Below the pieces are notes generated by a model. The model was not told where the DNA came from. It saw only the letters and a program-made list of their open reading frames with translations, and ran no database searches. From positions 88,701,691 to 88,765,690 of the forward strand of contig NC_090387.1 of the NCBI RefSeq assembly GCF_036365525.1: 64,000 nt of DNA, written 5' to 3'. This document shows positions 38,372 to 51,227 of the stretch, piece after piece. How positions within the stretch are numbered: the stretch's first letter is position 1; the number at the start of each line of letters is the position of its first letter. The translations under genes and the position numbers were made by a program. Origin of the DNA: Heterodontus francisci (lineage: Eukaryota).

Positions 38372-39385
38372 CACAGAATCACAGAATAATACAGTGCATA
38401 AGAGGCCCTTCGGCTCATCGAGTCTGCACCGTTGCATTAAAACACCTGACCTGTCTACCTAATCCCATTTGCCAGCACTTGGCCCACAGCCTTGAATGTT
38501 ATGACGTGCCCAGTGCTCATCCAGGTACTTTTTAAAGGATGTGAGGCAACCCGCCTCTACCACCCTCCCAGGCAGGGCATTCCAGACCGTCACCACCCTC
38601 TGGGTAAAAGAGTTCTTCCTTAAATCCCCCTTAAACCTCCCGCTCCTCACCTTAAACTTGTGACCCCTCTTAACTGACCCTTCAACTAAGGGGAACAGCT
38701 GCTCCCTATCCACCCTGTCCATGCCCCTCATAATCTTGTACACCTCGATCAGGTCACCCCTCATCTTCTGTGCTCCGGCGAAAACAACCCAAGCCTATCC
38801 AACCTCACTTCACAGCTTAAATGTTCCATCCCAGGCAACATCCTGGTGAATCGCCTCTGCACCCCCTCCAATGCAATCACATCCTTCCTATAATGTGGTA
38901 ACCAAAATTGCACACAGTACTCCAACTGTGGCCTTACCAAAGATCTGTACAGCTCAAACATGACCTCCCTGTTTTTGTAATCTATGCCTCGATTGATAAA
39001 GACAAGTGTGCCATATGCCCTTTTCACCATCCTATTAACCTGCCCTTCTGCCTTCAGAGATCTATGGTCAAACACGCCAAAGTCCCTTTGTTCCTCGGAA
39101 CTTCCCAGTGTCAGGCCACTCATTGAATACTTCCGCGTCACATTACTCCTTCCAAAGTGCATCACCTCACACCTTTCAGCGTTAAATTCCATCTGCCACT
39201 TTTCTGCCAATTTGACCATCCCATCTATATCTTACTGTAACCTAAGACACTCCACCTCACTGTTAACCACTCAGCCAATCTTTGTGTCATCCGTGAACTT
39301 ACTGATTCTAGCCCCCACATAGTCATCGATGCAGTTGAAAGAAATGACAAACAATAAGGGACCCAGAACATATCCCTTCGGAATT
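38372..39385 (-). mobile_element. Relatively young 5'-truncated CR1 LINE
   Basis: (CACAGAAT)2 tail; EKWQMEFNAERCEVMHFG, LYRSLVRPQLEYCVQFW, FTQRVVTVWNALP. Confidence 0.95.
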
Positions 39386-40572
39386 TACGATTAATCTTGT
39401 TTGCTTTTTCCACCTGCGCTCAAATAGTTTCATTCTCATGGGTGTTTGCCGCTCCACAAATCTGTCTGATTTTCCTTCTACCCGTCCATCCAACATTTCA
39501 ATATTTGTCTGAACATAACGTTCTGCAAGTCCGATAGAAAAGCAATTTGCTTCTTTAAGGCTCTGCACTAGCAGAGTGCATGTGTGGTTAGAACGGTACG
39601 GACACGATCGGCCGAAGGGCCTGGTTCTGTGCTGCATAGCTCTATGATGCAGTTTCTTTTGATAAATTGTTGTTTCAGACATCACACTGACGTTTTATAG
39701 CATCAACGTCGCTTTTTCTAAAGTCACTAATATGATCGGTGGCACCATGCCAGAAGCTTCTCAAGAAATGTTATGTCCTGTGAAGGGTCTGAATGACGGA
39801 AATATGCACCTATTATTGACGGAAGTGGAAACAGAATTTAAAGAAATAATTTGATTTACCTCTGAAGAAATCATGCTTATATGTGTCTGAGTAATAGCTT
39901 GAATCAATATATTGATGGATGTTTTGCAAAATTGGTACCTAAGTAATATGGATTGCAATTAAAGCGTAAATTACATTTCGACATTTTAAGTGCTATTTTG
40001 TGAAACTCAGAATAATTGGTCCACACACTATTGTTCAGGAAAAGACAGAAAGTTAATGTATTATTGTGATCTGAAAATTAGATTGACTTCTGCTTGAAGA
40101 TGTGTTGCGATATTCATATCGGGGACTCAAACATAAAAAAAAATGAGATGAATATTTTGAAGGAATTCATAACAGGACACTTGGAAAATAACAAAATGAT
40201 TCGACGGAATTCACACGATTTACGAAAAAGGAAATTGTGTTTGACAGATCTATACTAGTGTGTAACTAGAATGATAAATAAAGGAAAACCAGTGGCTGTA
40301 GTATATTTCAATATTCAGAAGATAACCGATTAGGTTCCATACAAGACGCTGTCACAAAATATTACAACATATGGGTGTAGGGGCTATGTCTTAACATGCT
40401 ACCAGTATATGTGCGTGATTTTCGGGCTTGATGTACTTTTTTTGCATTTTGATCAACTAATATTTCAGACATCACACTACCGTTTTATAGAGGCAAAGGT
40501 GATTCTTCTAATGCCACTTCTATGATCAGCAAATCCATGCCAGAAGCAAATGGATAAGGATTGAGATAGACT

Positions 40573-41622
40573 TTTTAAAAAATTTATTCATGGGATGTGG
40601 GCGTTGCTGGCCATGCTAGCATTTATTGCCCATCCCTAATTGCCCTTGAGAAGGTGGTGGTGAGCTGCCTTCTATAACCGCTGCAGTCCATTTGGGGTAG
40701 GGACACCCACAGTGCTGTTAGGAAGGGAATTCCAGGATTTTGAACTAGCGGCAGTGAAGGAACGGCGATATAGTTCCAAGTCAGGATGGTGTGTGACTTG
40801 GAAGGAACTTGCAGGTGGTGGTGTTCCGATGTATGTGCTGCCCTTGTCCTTCTAGTTGGTAGAGATCGCGGGTTTGGAAGGTGCTGTCTATGGAGCCTTG
40901 GTGCATTGCTGCAGTGCATCTTGTAGATGGTACACGCTGCTGCCACTGTGCGTCGGTGGTGGAGGGAGTGAATGTTTGTAGATGGGGTGCCAATCAAGCG
41001 GGCTGCTTTGTCCTGGATGGTGTCGAGCTTCTTGAGTGTTGTTGGAGTTGCACCCATCCAGGCAAGTGGAGAGTATTCCATCACACTCCTGACTTGAGCC
41101 TTGTAGATGGTGGACAGGCTTTGGGAAGTCAGGAGGTGAGTTACTCGTCTCACGATTCCGAGCCTCTGACCTGCTCTTGTAGCCATGGTATTTATATGGC
41201 TACTCCAGTTCAGTTTCCGGTCAATGGTAACCCCTAGGATGTTGATAGTAGGGGATTCAGTGATGGTAATGCCGTTGAATGTCAAGGGGAGTTGGTTAGA
41301 TTCTCTCTTGTTGGAGATGGTCATTGCTTGGTACTTGTGTGGCACGAATGTTACTTGCCACTTATCAGCCCAAGCCTGGATATTGTCCAGGTCTTGCTGC
41401 ATTTCTACACGGACTGCTTCAGTATCTGAGGAATCACGAATAGTGCTGAACATTGTGCAATCATCAGCGAACATCCCCATTTCTGACCTTATGATTGAAG
41501 GAAGGTCATTGATGAAGCAGCTGAAGATGGTTGGATCTAGGACACTACCGTGAGGAACTCCTGAAGTGATGTGCTGGAGCTCAGATGATTGACCTCCAAC
41601 AACCACAACATCTTCCTTTTTG
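40573..41622 (-). mobile_element. 5'-truncated copy of the second LINE lineage
   Basis: GVPHGSVLDP.IFSCFINDLP, MFADDCT, WADKWQVTF; nearly identical to 58880-59915. Confidence 0.95.
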
Positions 41623-41629
41623 CTTTGAC

Positions 41630-42700
41630 TAACGGCAGCAAAGAGATCAGAGATGAAACGGATCATTTTCGCGATGGCAGTGTATAACTAGTAGTGCACC
41701 ACAAGGATCAGTGCTTGGGCTTCAGCTATTTCCAAGCTATGTCAAGGAAACAAATAATGAGGGGACTGGGGGTAATATACCCAAGTTGCAGATGATATAA
41801 AGCTAGGTCGGAGAGAAAATTGAGGCTAACATGGCTGCAAAGAACAGATATCGGTCCGTCAAGTGGTTGGGTAAGGAGCTGGAAAATGGTGTATAATGTG
41901 GGAACGTGGGTAATTATCAACTTTTGTAAGAATAACAGAAAAGCATAATATTGTTCACAGATGAGAGACTGGTAAATCTTTGCATTCAGACGAATATGTA
42001 TGCCCTTGTACAGGAATCACAGAAAGCGAACGTGCAGGGACAGTAAGCAGCTTGGAAGGCAAAGGGAATGTTAGCTTTAGTGCAAGGGAATTAAGAGGAT
42101 ACAAATAAGGAGATCTTGCTGCAATTGTATAGGTCTTTGGTGAGACCACATCCGCAATACTGTGCACAGTTTTGGTCTCCTGACCGAAGGAATAAAAAGG
42201 TCCCCTTGAGAAGGTTCAATAGCTTGATTCCATGGATGAAAGGACTATGTGGAGAACAAAGAAAACAGGTTGAAAAACAAAGCTAGATCTCCATGGTTGA
42301 TGACAGCGATGAAGAGTAAGATGATGCACAAAGACAATATGGATGACCAGGCTCACTATAGACGTTTCAGAACGGAATTTAAAAAAAAAAACAAGACAAG
42401 AAAAGACACTGGAAACTAACATGAAAGGGAATCCAAAAGTCTTCCATTGGCATATAAATGGTAAAAGGGTAGCAAAAGGAGAGTTGAGGCCGATTGAGAT
42501 CAAGCAGGCGATTTACTCATACAGGCACAGGCCACGTGGAAGGTACTAAATGATTACTCAACATCGTCTCAAGGAAGATGATGTCAAAATCATCGTGAAA
42601 GAGCAGGTAGTTGAGACGTTCGATGGGCTAAATATTGATAACACGGAGGTATTATAAATGCTGGCTGCACTTATATTTGATAAGTCACCAAGATCACATG
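41630..42700 (+). mobile_element. Mosaic of old CR1 ORF2 fragments (continues the fragment at 40160-40400)
   Basis: ccacaaggatcagtgcttgggc (PQGSVLG), NMKGNPKVF..INGKR. Confidence 0.7.
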
Positions 42701-44290
42701 GAAAAAAGAGGAGGTGTTGGGTGCCTTGCAATGCATTAATGTAAGTAAGTCCCCAGGGCCTGATGGGATCACCCCTGAATACTAAGGGAGGCAAGGGAAG
42801 AAATTCCTGGGGCCTTGATAGAAATCTTTGCATCCTCATTGGCTACAGGTGAGGTCCCAGAGGACTGGAGAATAGCCAATGTTGTTCCTTTGTTTAAGGA
42901 TGGTAGCAAGGATAATCCAGGAAATTATAGGCCGGTGAGCCTCACATCAGTGGTATGGAAATTATTAGAGAGGATTCTTTGGGACAGGAGTTACTCCCAT
43001 TTGGAAACAAATGAACTTATTAGCGAGAGACAGCATGGTTTTGTGAAGGGAAGGTCATGTCTCACAATTTGATTGAGTTTTTTGAGGAAGTGATAAAGGT
43101 GATTGATCAAGGAAGGGCAGTGGATGTTATCTATATGGACTTCAGTAAAGCCTTTGACAAGGCCTCACATGGCAGACTGGTACAAAAGGTGAAATTACAC
43201 GGGATCAGAGGGCAGCTGGCAAGATGGATGCAGAACTGGCTCTGTCATAGAAGACAGAGGACAGCAGTGGAAGAGTGCTTTTCTGAATGGAGGGATGTGA
43301 CTAGTGGTGTTCCACTGGGATCAGTGCTGGGACCTTTGCTGTTTGTAGTATATATAAATGATTTGGAGGAAAATGTAGCTGGTTTGATTAGTAAGTTTGC
43401 GGACAACACAAAGGTTGGTGGAGTTGCAGATAGTGATGAGGATTGTCAGAGGATACAGCAGGATATAGATCCATTGGAGACTTGGGCAGAGAAATGGCAG
43501 ATGGAGGTTAATTCAGACAAATGTGCGGTAATGCATTTTGGAAGATCTAATGCAGATGGGAAGTATACAGTAAATGGCAGAACCCTTAGAGAGATCTGGG
43601 TGTATAGGTCCACAGGTCACTAAAAGTGGCAACGCAGGTGGATAAGGTAGTCAAGAAGGCATACGGCATGCGTGCCTTCATCGGTCGGGGCATAGAGTAT
43701 AAAAATTGGCAAGTCATGCTGCAGCTGTACAGAACTTTAGTTAGGCCACACTTAGAATATTGCGTGCAATTCTGGTCGCCACACTACCAGAAGGACGTGG
43801 AGGCATTGGAGAGGGTACAGAGGAGTTTTACCAGGATGTTGCCTGGTCTGGAGGGCATTAGCTATGAGGAGAGGTTGGATAAACTAGGATTATTTTCACT
43901 GGAATGGCGGAGTTGTAGGGGTGACATGATAGAGGTTTACAAAGTTATGAGCGTAATGGACAGTGTGGATAGCCAGAAGCTTTTTCCCAGCGTGAAGAGT
44001 CAGTTACTAGGGGACGTAGGTTTAAGGTGAGAGGGGCAAAGTTTAGAGGGGATGTGCGAGGCAAGCTGTTTACACTGAGGGTGGTGAGTGCCTGGAACTT
44101 GCTGCCGGGGGAGATAGTGGAAGCAGGTACGATAATGACATTTAAGAGGCATCTTGACAAATACATGAATAGGATGGGAATAGAGGGATAGGGCCCCAGA
44201 ATTGCAGAAGGTTTTAGTTTCGGCAGGCATCAAGATCGGCGCAGGCTTGGAGGGCCGAATGGCCTGTTCCCGTGCTGTACTGTTCTTTGA
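42700..44290 (+). mobile_element. 5'-truncated CR1 LINE, same subfamily as 51228-55632
   Basis: VPEDWRIANVVPLFK, YMDFSKAFDK, SKFADNT, LVRPHLEYCVQFWSP; tail tgttctttg. Confidence 0.95.
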
Positions 44291-44299
44291 ATATATCAG

Positions 44300-46210
44300 A
44301 GGATGCAGAGAAAAGTAAGTTTGAATATTTTGGAGGCACTGTCCATAATCTTCCGCTACTTCTTAGATGCAGGGAGGTTCTAGAAGCCTGGAGAATTGTA
44401 CATATTGCACTCGTGTTCAAAAATGGTGTAAGGATAAGCCCAGAAACTACAGGTCAGCCAATTTGACCTTGGTGGTGGGAAAGGTTTCAGGATACGCTAA
44501 TCTAAAACAAAATTAATTGTCACTTCGAAAAGTATGGCTCAATTTTGAAACTCCAGTACTGAATTGCTCAAGGCGAATCATGTTGAAATAAAATTGAGTG
44601 GGTTTTTCAATGAGCTAATAAAGAAGGCTGATGAAGGTAATGTGGTTGATGTGGTATATATGGACTTCGAATAGGCATTTGATACATTGCTAGATAATAA
44701 TATTGTCAGCCGATGGAATAAGAGCGACTTTGCCAGCATGGATGCCAGTTGGCCAATTGATGAGAATAGAGTGTAGAGGTGAGCGATTGTTTTATGGACT
44801 CAAGGAAGGGGGAGTGGGGTTCCCCAGGAGTGAGAAATAGGGCCACTGCTTTTTTGATCTAAATCAATGACCTAGACTTGTGTGTGCAGGATAAAATTTC
44901 AAGAAAGATGATGATAGTAGTGATAGAATTCAAGGACAGAGACAGGCTGGTGGATGAGATAGACACGTGACAGACACAGTTCAATGTGGAGAAATGGAAG
45001 TGATTCCCTTTGCTAGGAAGAACAAGAAAAAGCAAAACATTATATAAAGGATATAGTTGTGAAATGCGATGCAGGAGCAGAGAGACCTGTGGGTATATCT
45101 GCATGACACTTTGAAAGTGTCAGTCAGGTCAGAAGGCAGTTCAAATGGCTTACAGGATACTGGTCTGTATAAATTGTGGCATACAGTACAGAAGAAAGGA
45201 GGTTAAGATGGAACATAATAAAGCATTTGTTCGGTCTCAAGTGAATTATTGTGGCCAATTCTGGGTACACACATTAGAGACGATGCAGAGAAGGTTTACG
45301 AGAATGGTTGCAGGGATGACAGACTTCAGTTAACATGGATAGATTGGAGAAACTTGGTATCTCTCCTTACAGCAAAGAAGGATAACAGTAGATTTGAAAG
45401 AGGTGTTCAAAATCATGAGGAGGCTGTAGAGAGTATGTAGGGAGAAAATGTTTCTCTTGGTGGAAGGAACGAAAAACAGCAGATACTGATCTGCAGTGAA
45501 TGGCAAAAGGACCAATGGAGACATGAGGTTTTTGTTTGATGCAGCGTTTGCCTAGAATCTGGAATGCAATGTCTGAGAGTGTGATGGGGCCAGATTCAAT
45601 CGTGAGGTCCAAAAGGGAATTGGGTAATTATCTAAAGAGAGAAAAAAAATGCAGGGCTCCAGAGAAAGGGTGGGGGATTCAGACTCGGTGAGTTGTTCTT
45701 GCAGAGAGTTAGAATGGACACATAGGCCGAATGGCTTCCTAATGTACTGTAACCATCTACGATTCTATGAGGGATTGAATAGAATGGGCATATATTCCCT
45801 GGAGTTCTTAAAAAATGGGAGGTGATCTCATTAAACATATGACATTCTTCGAGGACTTGACAGGATCCATACTTAAGATCTTAATTCAACTGGCTGTAGT
45901 GTCTAGAACTATTTCTGATTGCGTCAGGATAACGGATTGCTCATTTCCGACTGAGATGAGAACTTTCTTCAATTAAAGTACTCTGACCTTTTGGAATTTT
46001 CTGCCACCGAGAGCTGCAGATGTTAAATTGGTTCATATTTTCAGCACTGCGGCACATGGAGGTTTGGGCACTAAAGAAGTTAAGGGATATAGAAGTACGA
46101 TGGAGAAATAATGATGAAGTAGATGCTCAGCCACGACCTTATCGAATTGCGAAAACGGTTCGATAACCTGTCTGGCCTACTTCAACTACTATTCACTATG
46201 TCCGATATTT
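44300..46210 (+). mobile_element. Two old decayed CR1 fragments in tandem
   Basis: Degenerate RT and 3' sequence; tails at about 45760 (ctacgattctatga) and about 46200. Confidence 0.7.
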
Positions 46211-46453
46211 TTGTCAGAACTTTTGGAACAGCTTTTTAAAGCATGTTAATTTTGACAAGCAAAATTAATGAAATGTGGTTACTTATGTGTACTTAGGACC
46301 AAATCCAATATTTGCAACTTACTCCTGTTCTTTGTTGACCCCCTGTAGCTTGGACTTCCAATGCAACTGATATAAAGAGATGTGCGGTGAACGTGTATTC
46401 ACCACACATGCGAACGTTATGCCAACAATTAATCTTCATCAACATTTCTGGTG

Positions 46454-46667
46454 AAAGCAAACTGCAGATGCTGGAAATCTGAAATAAAAACTATAAATGC
46501 TGGAAATATTCATAAGGTCTGTCAACATCTGTGGAGAGCGAAGCAGAGTTAACGTTTCAGGTCAGTTCTGACGAAGGGTCACTGACCTGAAACGCTAACT
46601 CTGCTTGTCTCTCCACAGATGCTGGCAGACCTGCTGAATATTTCCAGCATTTATTGCTTTTATTTCA
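46454..46667. mobile_element. Inverted (fold-back) Penelope terminus pair
   Basis: Arms 46480-46566 and 46581-46667 are near-perfect reverse complements; ctgacga lies in the loop. Confidence 0.85.
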
Positions 46668-47984
46668 AAATGTATGGTTATCCGTATTACAATTACTGTT
46701 CCTTGGATAAAGGGAGGTGGGGCAGAGCATTGAAAGCTTTTGCAAGGGCAGAAGATGTGTTGCAGTTTGTTGGAGCATTTTCGTAATTATACCATTGTTC
46801 ATGAGATGAGAGGCCCTGATAACGGCAGGTGATCTTACAGTTTCGGTGCAGCATATATGACTCTATTACTGGCAGATATAAAATCCAGAAGGTCAACATA
46901 ACGAGATAGATCAATTCGGGTGGCAATACTTTGACCAAGTCTGCAAACTTCGTGCCATATCCATTAGGATCAGGAGGGGGAAATGATTGCTTCTAGAATG
47001 AACTGTATAAGTGCCAAACGAACTCCAGGGAAACAGCACATATGCATCAATAGAATACATTCATCTATACTGAATACATTTTAAAAATACTTTATATTTA
47101 TGCAGGTGTTTTAATGTAAAGAAACCTGCCAAGGCCCCTGGCACATAAATTGGACACTTTATTCTTAGCCCCAAGCAGTTTCCTTTCCTGCTGCAACATA
47201 TCAGTTTTGAATTATGCAGTTTTTTAAAAAAACAAAATAAGGTTCATGTTACACAGCTATATACTTGAAAATTGCCAAAGGGTGTTGCTGTTTCTTGACT
47301 GCGTTTTTGGATCATGCTGCTGATGGATACACATTACAGTCCACAAAACAAATAATATAGCCGTACAAGACTTATCCGTACTGGTAGAATGTTAATTAAA
47401 CAGCTGGAATAACTTCATAATGTATGAAAGTGCGTGCAGATTTAAACATTCGTCTGGTGCAGATTAATTTGTATTACGCATCTGTCATGCACAGATCAAG
47501 GAACTGATTCAATTATTCGTTTTCAGATGAAATTAGGAGAATCATCAAGACTTTGGCATTTAAAACCGTCAGAAATTTACACAGCATGCACAAAAAAGGA
47601 TAGACTGGCTTCTGCTGCTATTTCCTATGTTTTTGTGTTTTTTAAAGACTTTTGGAATGCCTTATTTCAGCATGTTAATTCTGGCAAGCAGAATGAATGA
47701 AATGTGGCTACCTATGTGAAGGGTGGTGGAAGCGTAGACAATCAATGACTTCAAGACGAAGGCGGAGGGCCACCTGTGAGATGGAGACTTGGAGGGCTAC
47801 CGGGAATGAGCCGGGGAGTGGGACTGACTGCATAGCTCCGTGGAGAGCTGGCATGGACTCGATGGGCCAATTGGCCTTCCTCTGTGTCATAGATCACGCT
47901 ACGACTCGATGGGAGTCTCAGACGTCTGTTCAAGGTGTATTGAAGCTTGCAACAGCAGTGGAAAAATGGGTATTTAAGGACATA

Positions 47985-50050
47985 TGAAATAGAAATAGGT
48001 GTAGTCTATTTAGCTCGACGACAGTTCTCTGCCATTTCATAGGTTATTTGCTGATCTTTTACTTCAGCTGCACCTTTCCGCACAATCCCCATATTCCCCT
48101 GATTTACTTAGCACCCAAACATTTGTCAATCTCTGACATGATTGCACTCAACGACTGAGAAAATACAGCTCCTGGCGATATAGAATTCCATGGGTTCAGA
48201 ACCTTTGAAGCAAGACATTTGTCGTCATCTCAGTCCTAAATGGCTGAACCATTATTCTGAGACTGTGCCACTGCTTTTAGCCTACGGAACCGGGAGCAAC
48301 TAACTTCCAGCATCTACACTGCCAAACCCCTCAAGAATGTTATATGATTCTATGAGATAACCTCCCAATATTGCAAACACCAAGAAATATAAGCTTGGTC
48401 TACTCAATTTCCCCTCAGCAAACACATCTCCCATCGCAGGAATAAGACTCGTCAAACTTAGTTGCGCACCCTCTAAGGCAAGTATGTCCCTCTGTCAACA
48501 AGGAGAACAAAACTGCACATTGTGCTCTAGCTGTGGTTTCACCAATGCCTTATACGATTGCATTAAGAATTCTTTACCCTTCGGCTCCAATCCCTTATAA
48601 TAAAGGCTGACAGACCAATCGGGTCCCTCATTATTTGCGGTGGTTGCATGCGAACTTCCTGTGATTCGTGTACAAGGCGACGCAGATCGGCTAACTACCA
48701 ATAATTCCCAGTGTCTCACGGTTTGAAAATAAGCTGTTTTTTCTTCTTTTTTCATATCAAAGTGGATAACTTCTCAGTTCTCCACATTATATTTCATCTG
48801 CCACTTTCTTGCCTCCACTGATTTTACCTGACTAAATCCTTTTGTAACCTCTTTGCGGTCTCTGCAGATTTACTTCTCCATCGAACTTTGTATCGGCAGC
48901 AAACTTTGATACATTGCCCCCGATGCCATCAACTAAGTTATTAACATAGATTATAAAGCTGTGACCATAGCACTGATCCTTAAGGCACAGCTACAGCTAC
49001 AGCCAGCCAACTCGAACATTACTCGTTTATTTCTGCTGTCTGCTGTCTGTTGTCTGCCTGTTGCTCAATCCTCAAACCATGTTAATATATTACCCCATTT
49101 TGTACAATAGCATTATGTACAGCAAGTTACAGAATTCTTTTGAAAATCCAAATATATTACATAGAGTAGGCCTTCCTTTAACCTGACAAGTTGCATGCTC
49201 AAAAAAGTCTGACAAATTTGCCAAACGCGATTTCCATTTCATAAATCCGTGTTCGCTCCTGCTCCTTATTATCATTTTCTAACTGGCCGTTATGGCATCC
49301 CTCATAATAGATTTTAGCATTTTCCCTACCACTGTTGTCACGGTAATTGGTCTTCAGTTCCTTCTTTTGCTTCTTCTTTCGTGAATACCGCAGTTAGCTT
49401 TGCTACCACCTAGTTCAATCTAGAGAAATCCGAAAGATCGAAAAGGATGCATCCCATGCCTTCTCAGCCACTTTGACAATACCCTACACCGTAAGTCATC
49501 AAATGCTGGGGATTGCGTGGGTTTTAATTTCATGAGTGTCTCAAGTATTATCCTGTAGTAATATCAGAGAACTTAAGGCATTCATTTCCACTAAATCTTT
49601 GGTTCTTCATTACATTTGGAGTGTTACTTGTTTCTTCTATCGTAAAGAGAGTTTAATGTCGCCTACCATTCCCTTATTCTCCAGCACAATTTCCCCTGTT
49701 TCTGCCTGTTTACATACCAAAGAAGATTTCATGAACTTGGTGATAACCCCAGCAAGTTTCATCCCATATGCATTTTTTCCTGTGTTTATCGGCTTTTTGT
49801 GTCATCCGTTGCTGGTTTTAAAATCTTTTAAATCCTTAGGCTAACTATACGTTTTGGCAACATTACAAGCGTCTTTCCTTAAACGGGTAATAGTTCTATC
49901 TTATCTTGTTAGCCACTTTTACTGTGAGGTTTTTATTCTTTCAGGTATTGTATAATCTTTGGCAATTATGAATTAATTATTTAAGTATTTACCATTGCAT
50001 ATTTACCGTCATATCGTTTAATCTATTTCCCAATCTACCGTAACCAGCAC
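47985..50050 (-). mobile_element. Decayed CR1 LINE
   Basis: YKALVKPQLEH.VQF.SP; SEHGFMK.KS.L.NL..FFE. Confidence 0.85.
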
Positions 50051-51227
50051 ATCAGTGTGAAGCGAAAGATCAGGATTAGGCAGCTGGAAAATGATATCGT
50101 TTACAACCTTGTATATAAGTGTGAAAGAAAATTGAATCGTGGAATGTTATACGAATTTACAGTCCCTATTTATTATCTGGAACGAAGAGTGTAGGTCAGA
50201 TTCTCATTCGCATCACTTAGATGGATTGTTTGCAGTTGTTGGTTTACAATGAAAATTCCAGAACAACGGTTTGGTGTAACTGGCGAGACTCAAGTGACAA
50301 AGCAAATGCCGCAATCAAGATTGGGATTCGAACTCGCGCCTTTTTGTCCAGAAGAAAGGGATGTAACAGCGGAACGTGTCCAAAAGGAATAAAACAATTC
50401 AAGGGCGGCATGGTGATTCTAAGACATTCAAGATTAGAAAATGCCCCCGCGTTCGAAACACATTCTGTTAGTTATAACAACAACAGGCGAATACTGTAGA
50501 GAAGGAAACCGAAAATCAGAGAGAGTGAAGAAAAGCATAGAGTGGGCTATTTTCACTGTAAATGACGGTTACCTGTACAAGTACTGCTTCACGAACAATT
50601 GTTTACTGTGTTATGAAAACAAATCATGCCAAAGAAGCAAGTCATATCTGTTACTTCGGTGTGAATTTTGTTATTTTCCATTCAGCTACCCTGTTTCCCC
50701 GAAGATTGCCTCCACGCCACAGGGAGGGTTTAATCTGCCTCGTCGAGGCGCGTGCTTTTTAAACGAAGTGCTTTCACTTCAACGGCCGTAAAAAAAATGG
50801 TACCGATATCGTTCCAACAACTGTCCTCTGACATTCAAGCTTTGATACGTCTTGGTGTTATGCATTTAATGTCATTAACACATTATGTGTTTCTCTTGCA
50901 TTGCTCGGATCCCCAAACTGCTCCCATTTGTGCTGAGTATATGACATCACCTGGAAAATCCCATCATATATGTTGAATAAGAACTAAAGAAGCTCCGCCT
51001 AACACATCTATTTTCTTACCAATATCCTTTCCATGCATCACTGTAATAGCGTGATCTCCATTTACAACCTCATAACAGCGCCTGCCATCACTGGTACAAC
51101 TCACTACCTTCATATTGACGCATGTCCACATCATATCGTAGTTCGGCTTCCCGAACCATCTCCATTGATGTCTGTCCATATACTATCAATACACAAAAGC
51201 ACAAACGATAGCAGCAGAAGTAGACCA

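Noticed and set aside
46693-46990. Minus-strand 81-aa ORF with a hydrophobic N-terminal stretch
   Set aside because: No ATG start, no recognisable domain and no supporting exon chain.
50964-51179. YEVVNGDH resembling a ParB-like motif
   Set aside because: Short match without the following Arg or the rest of the fold.
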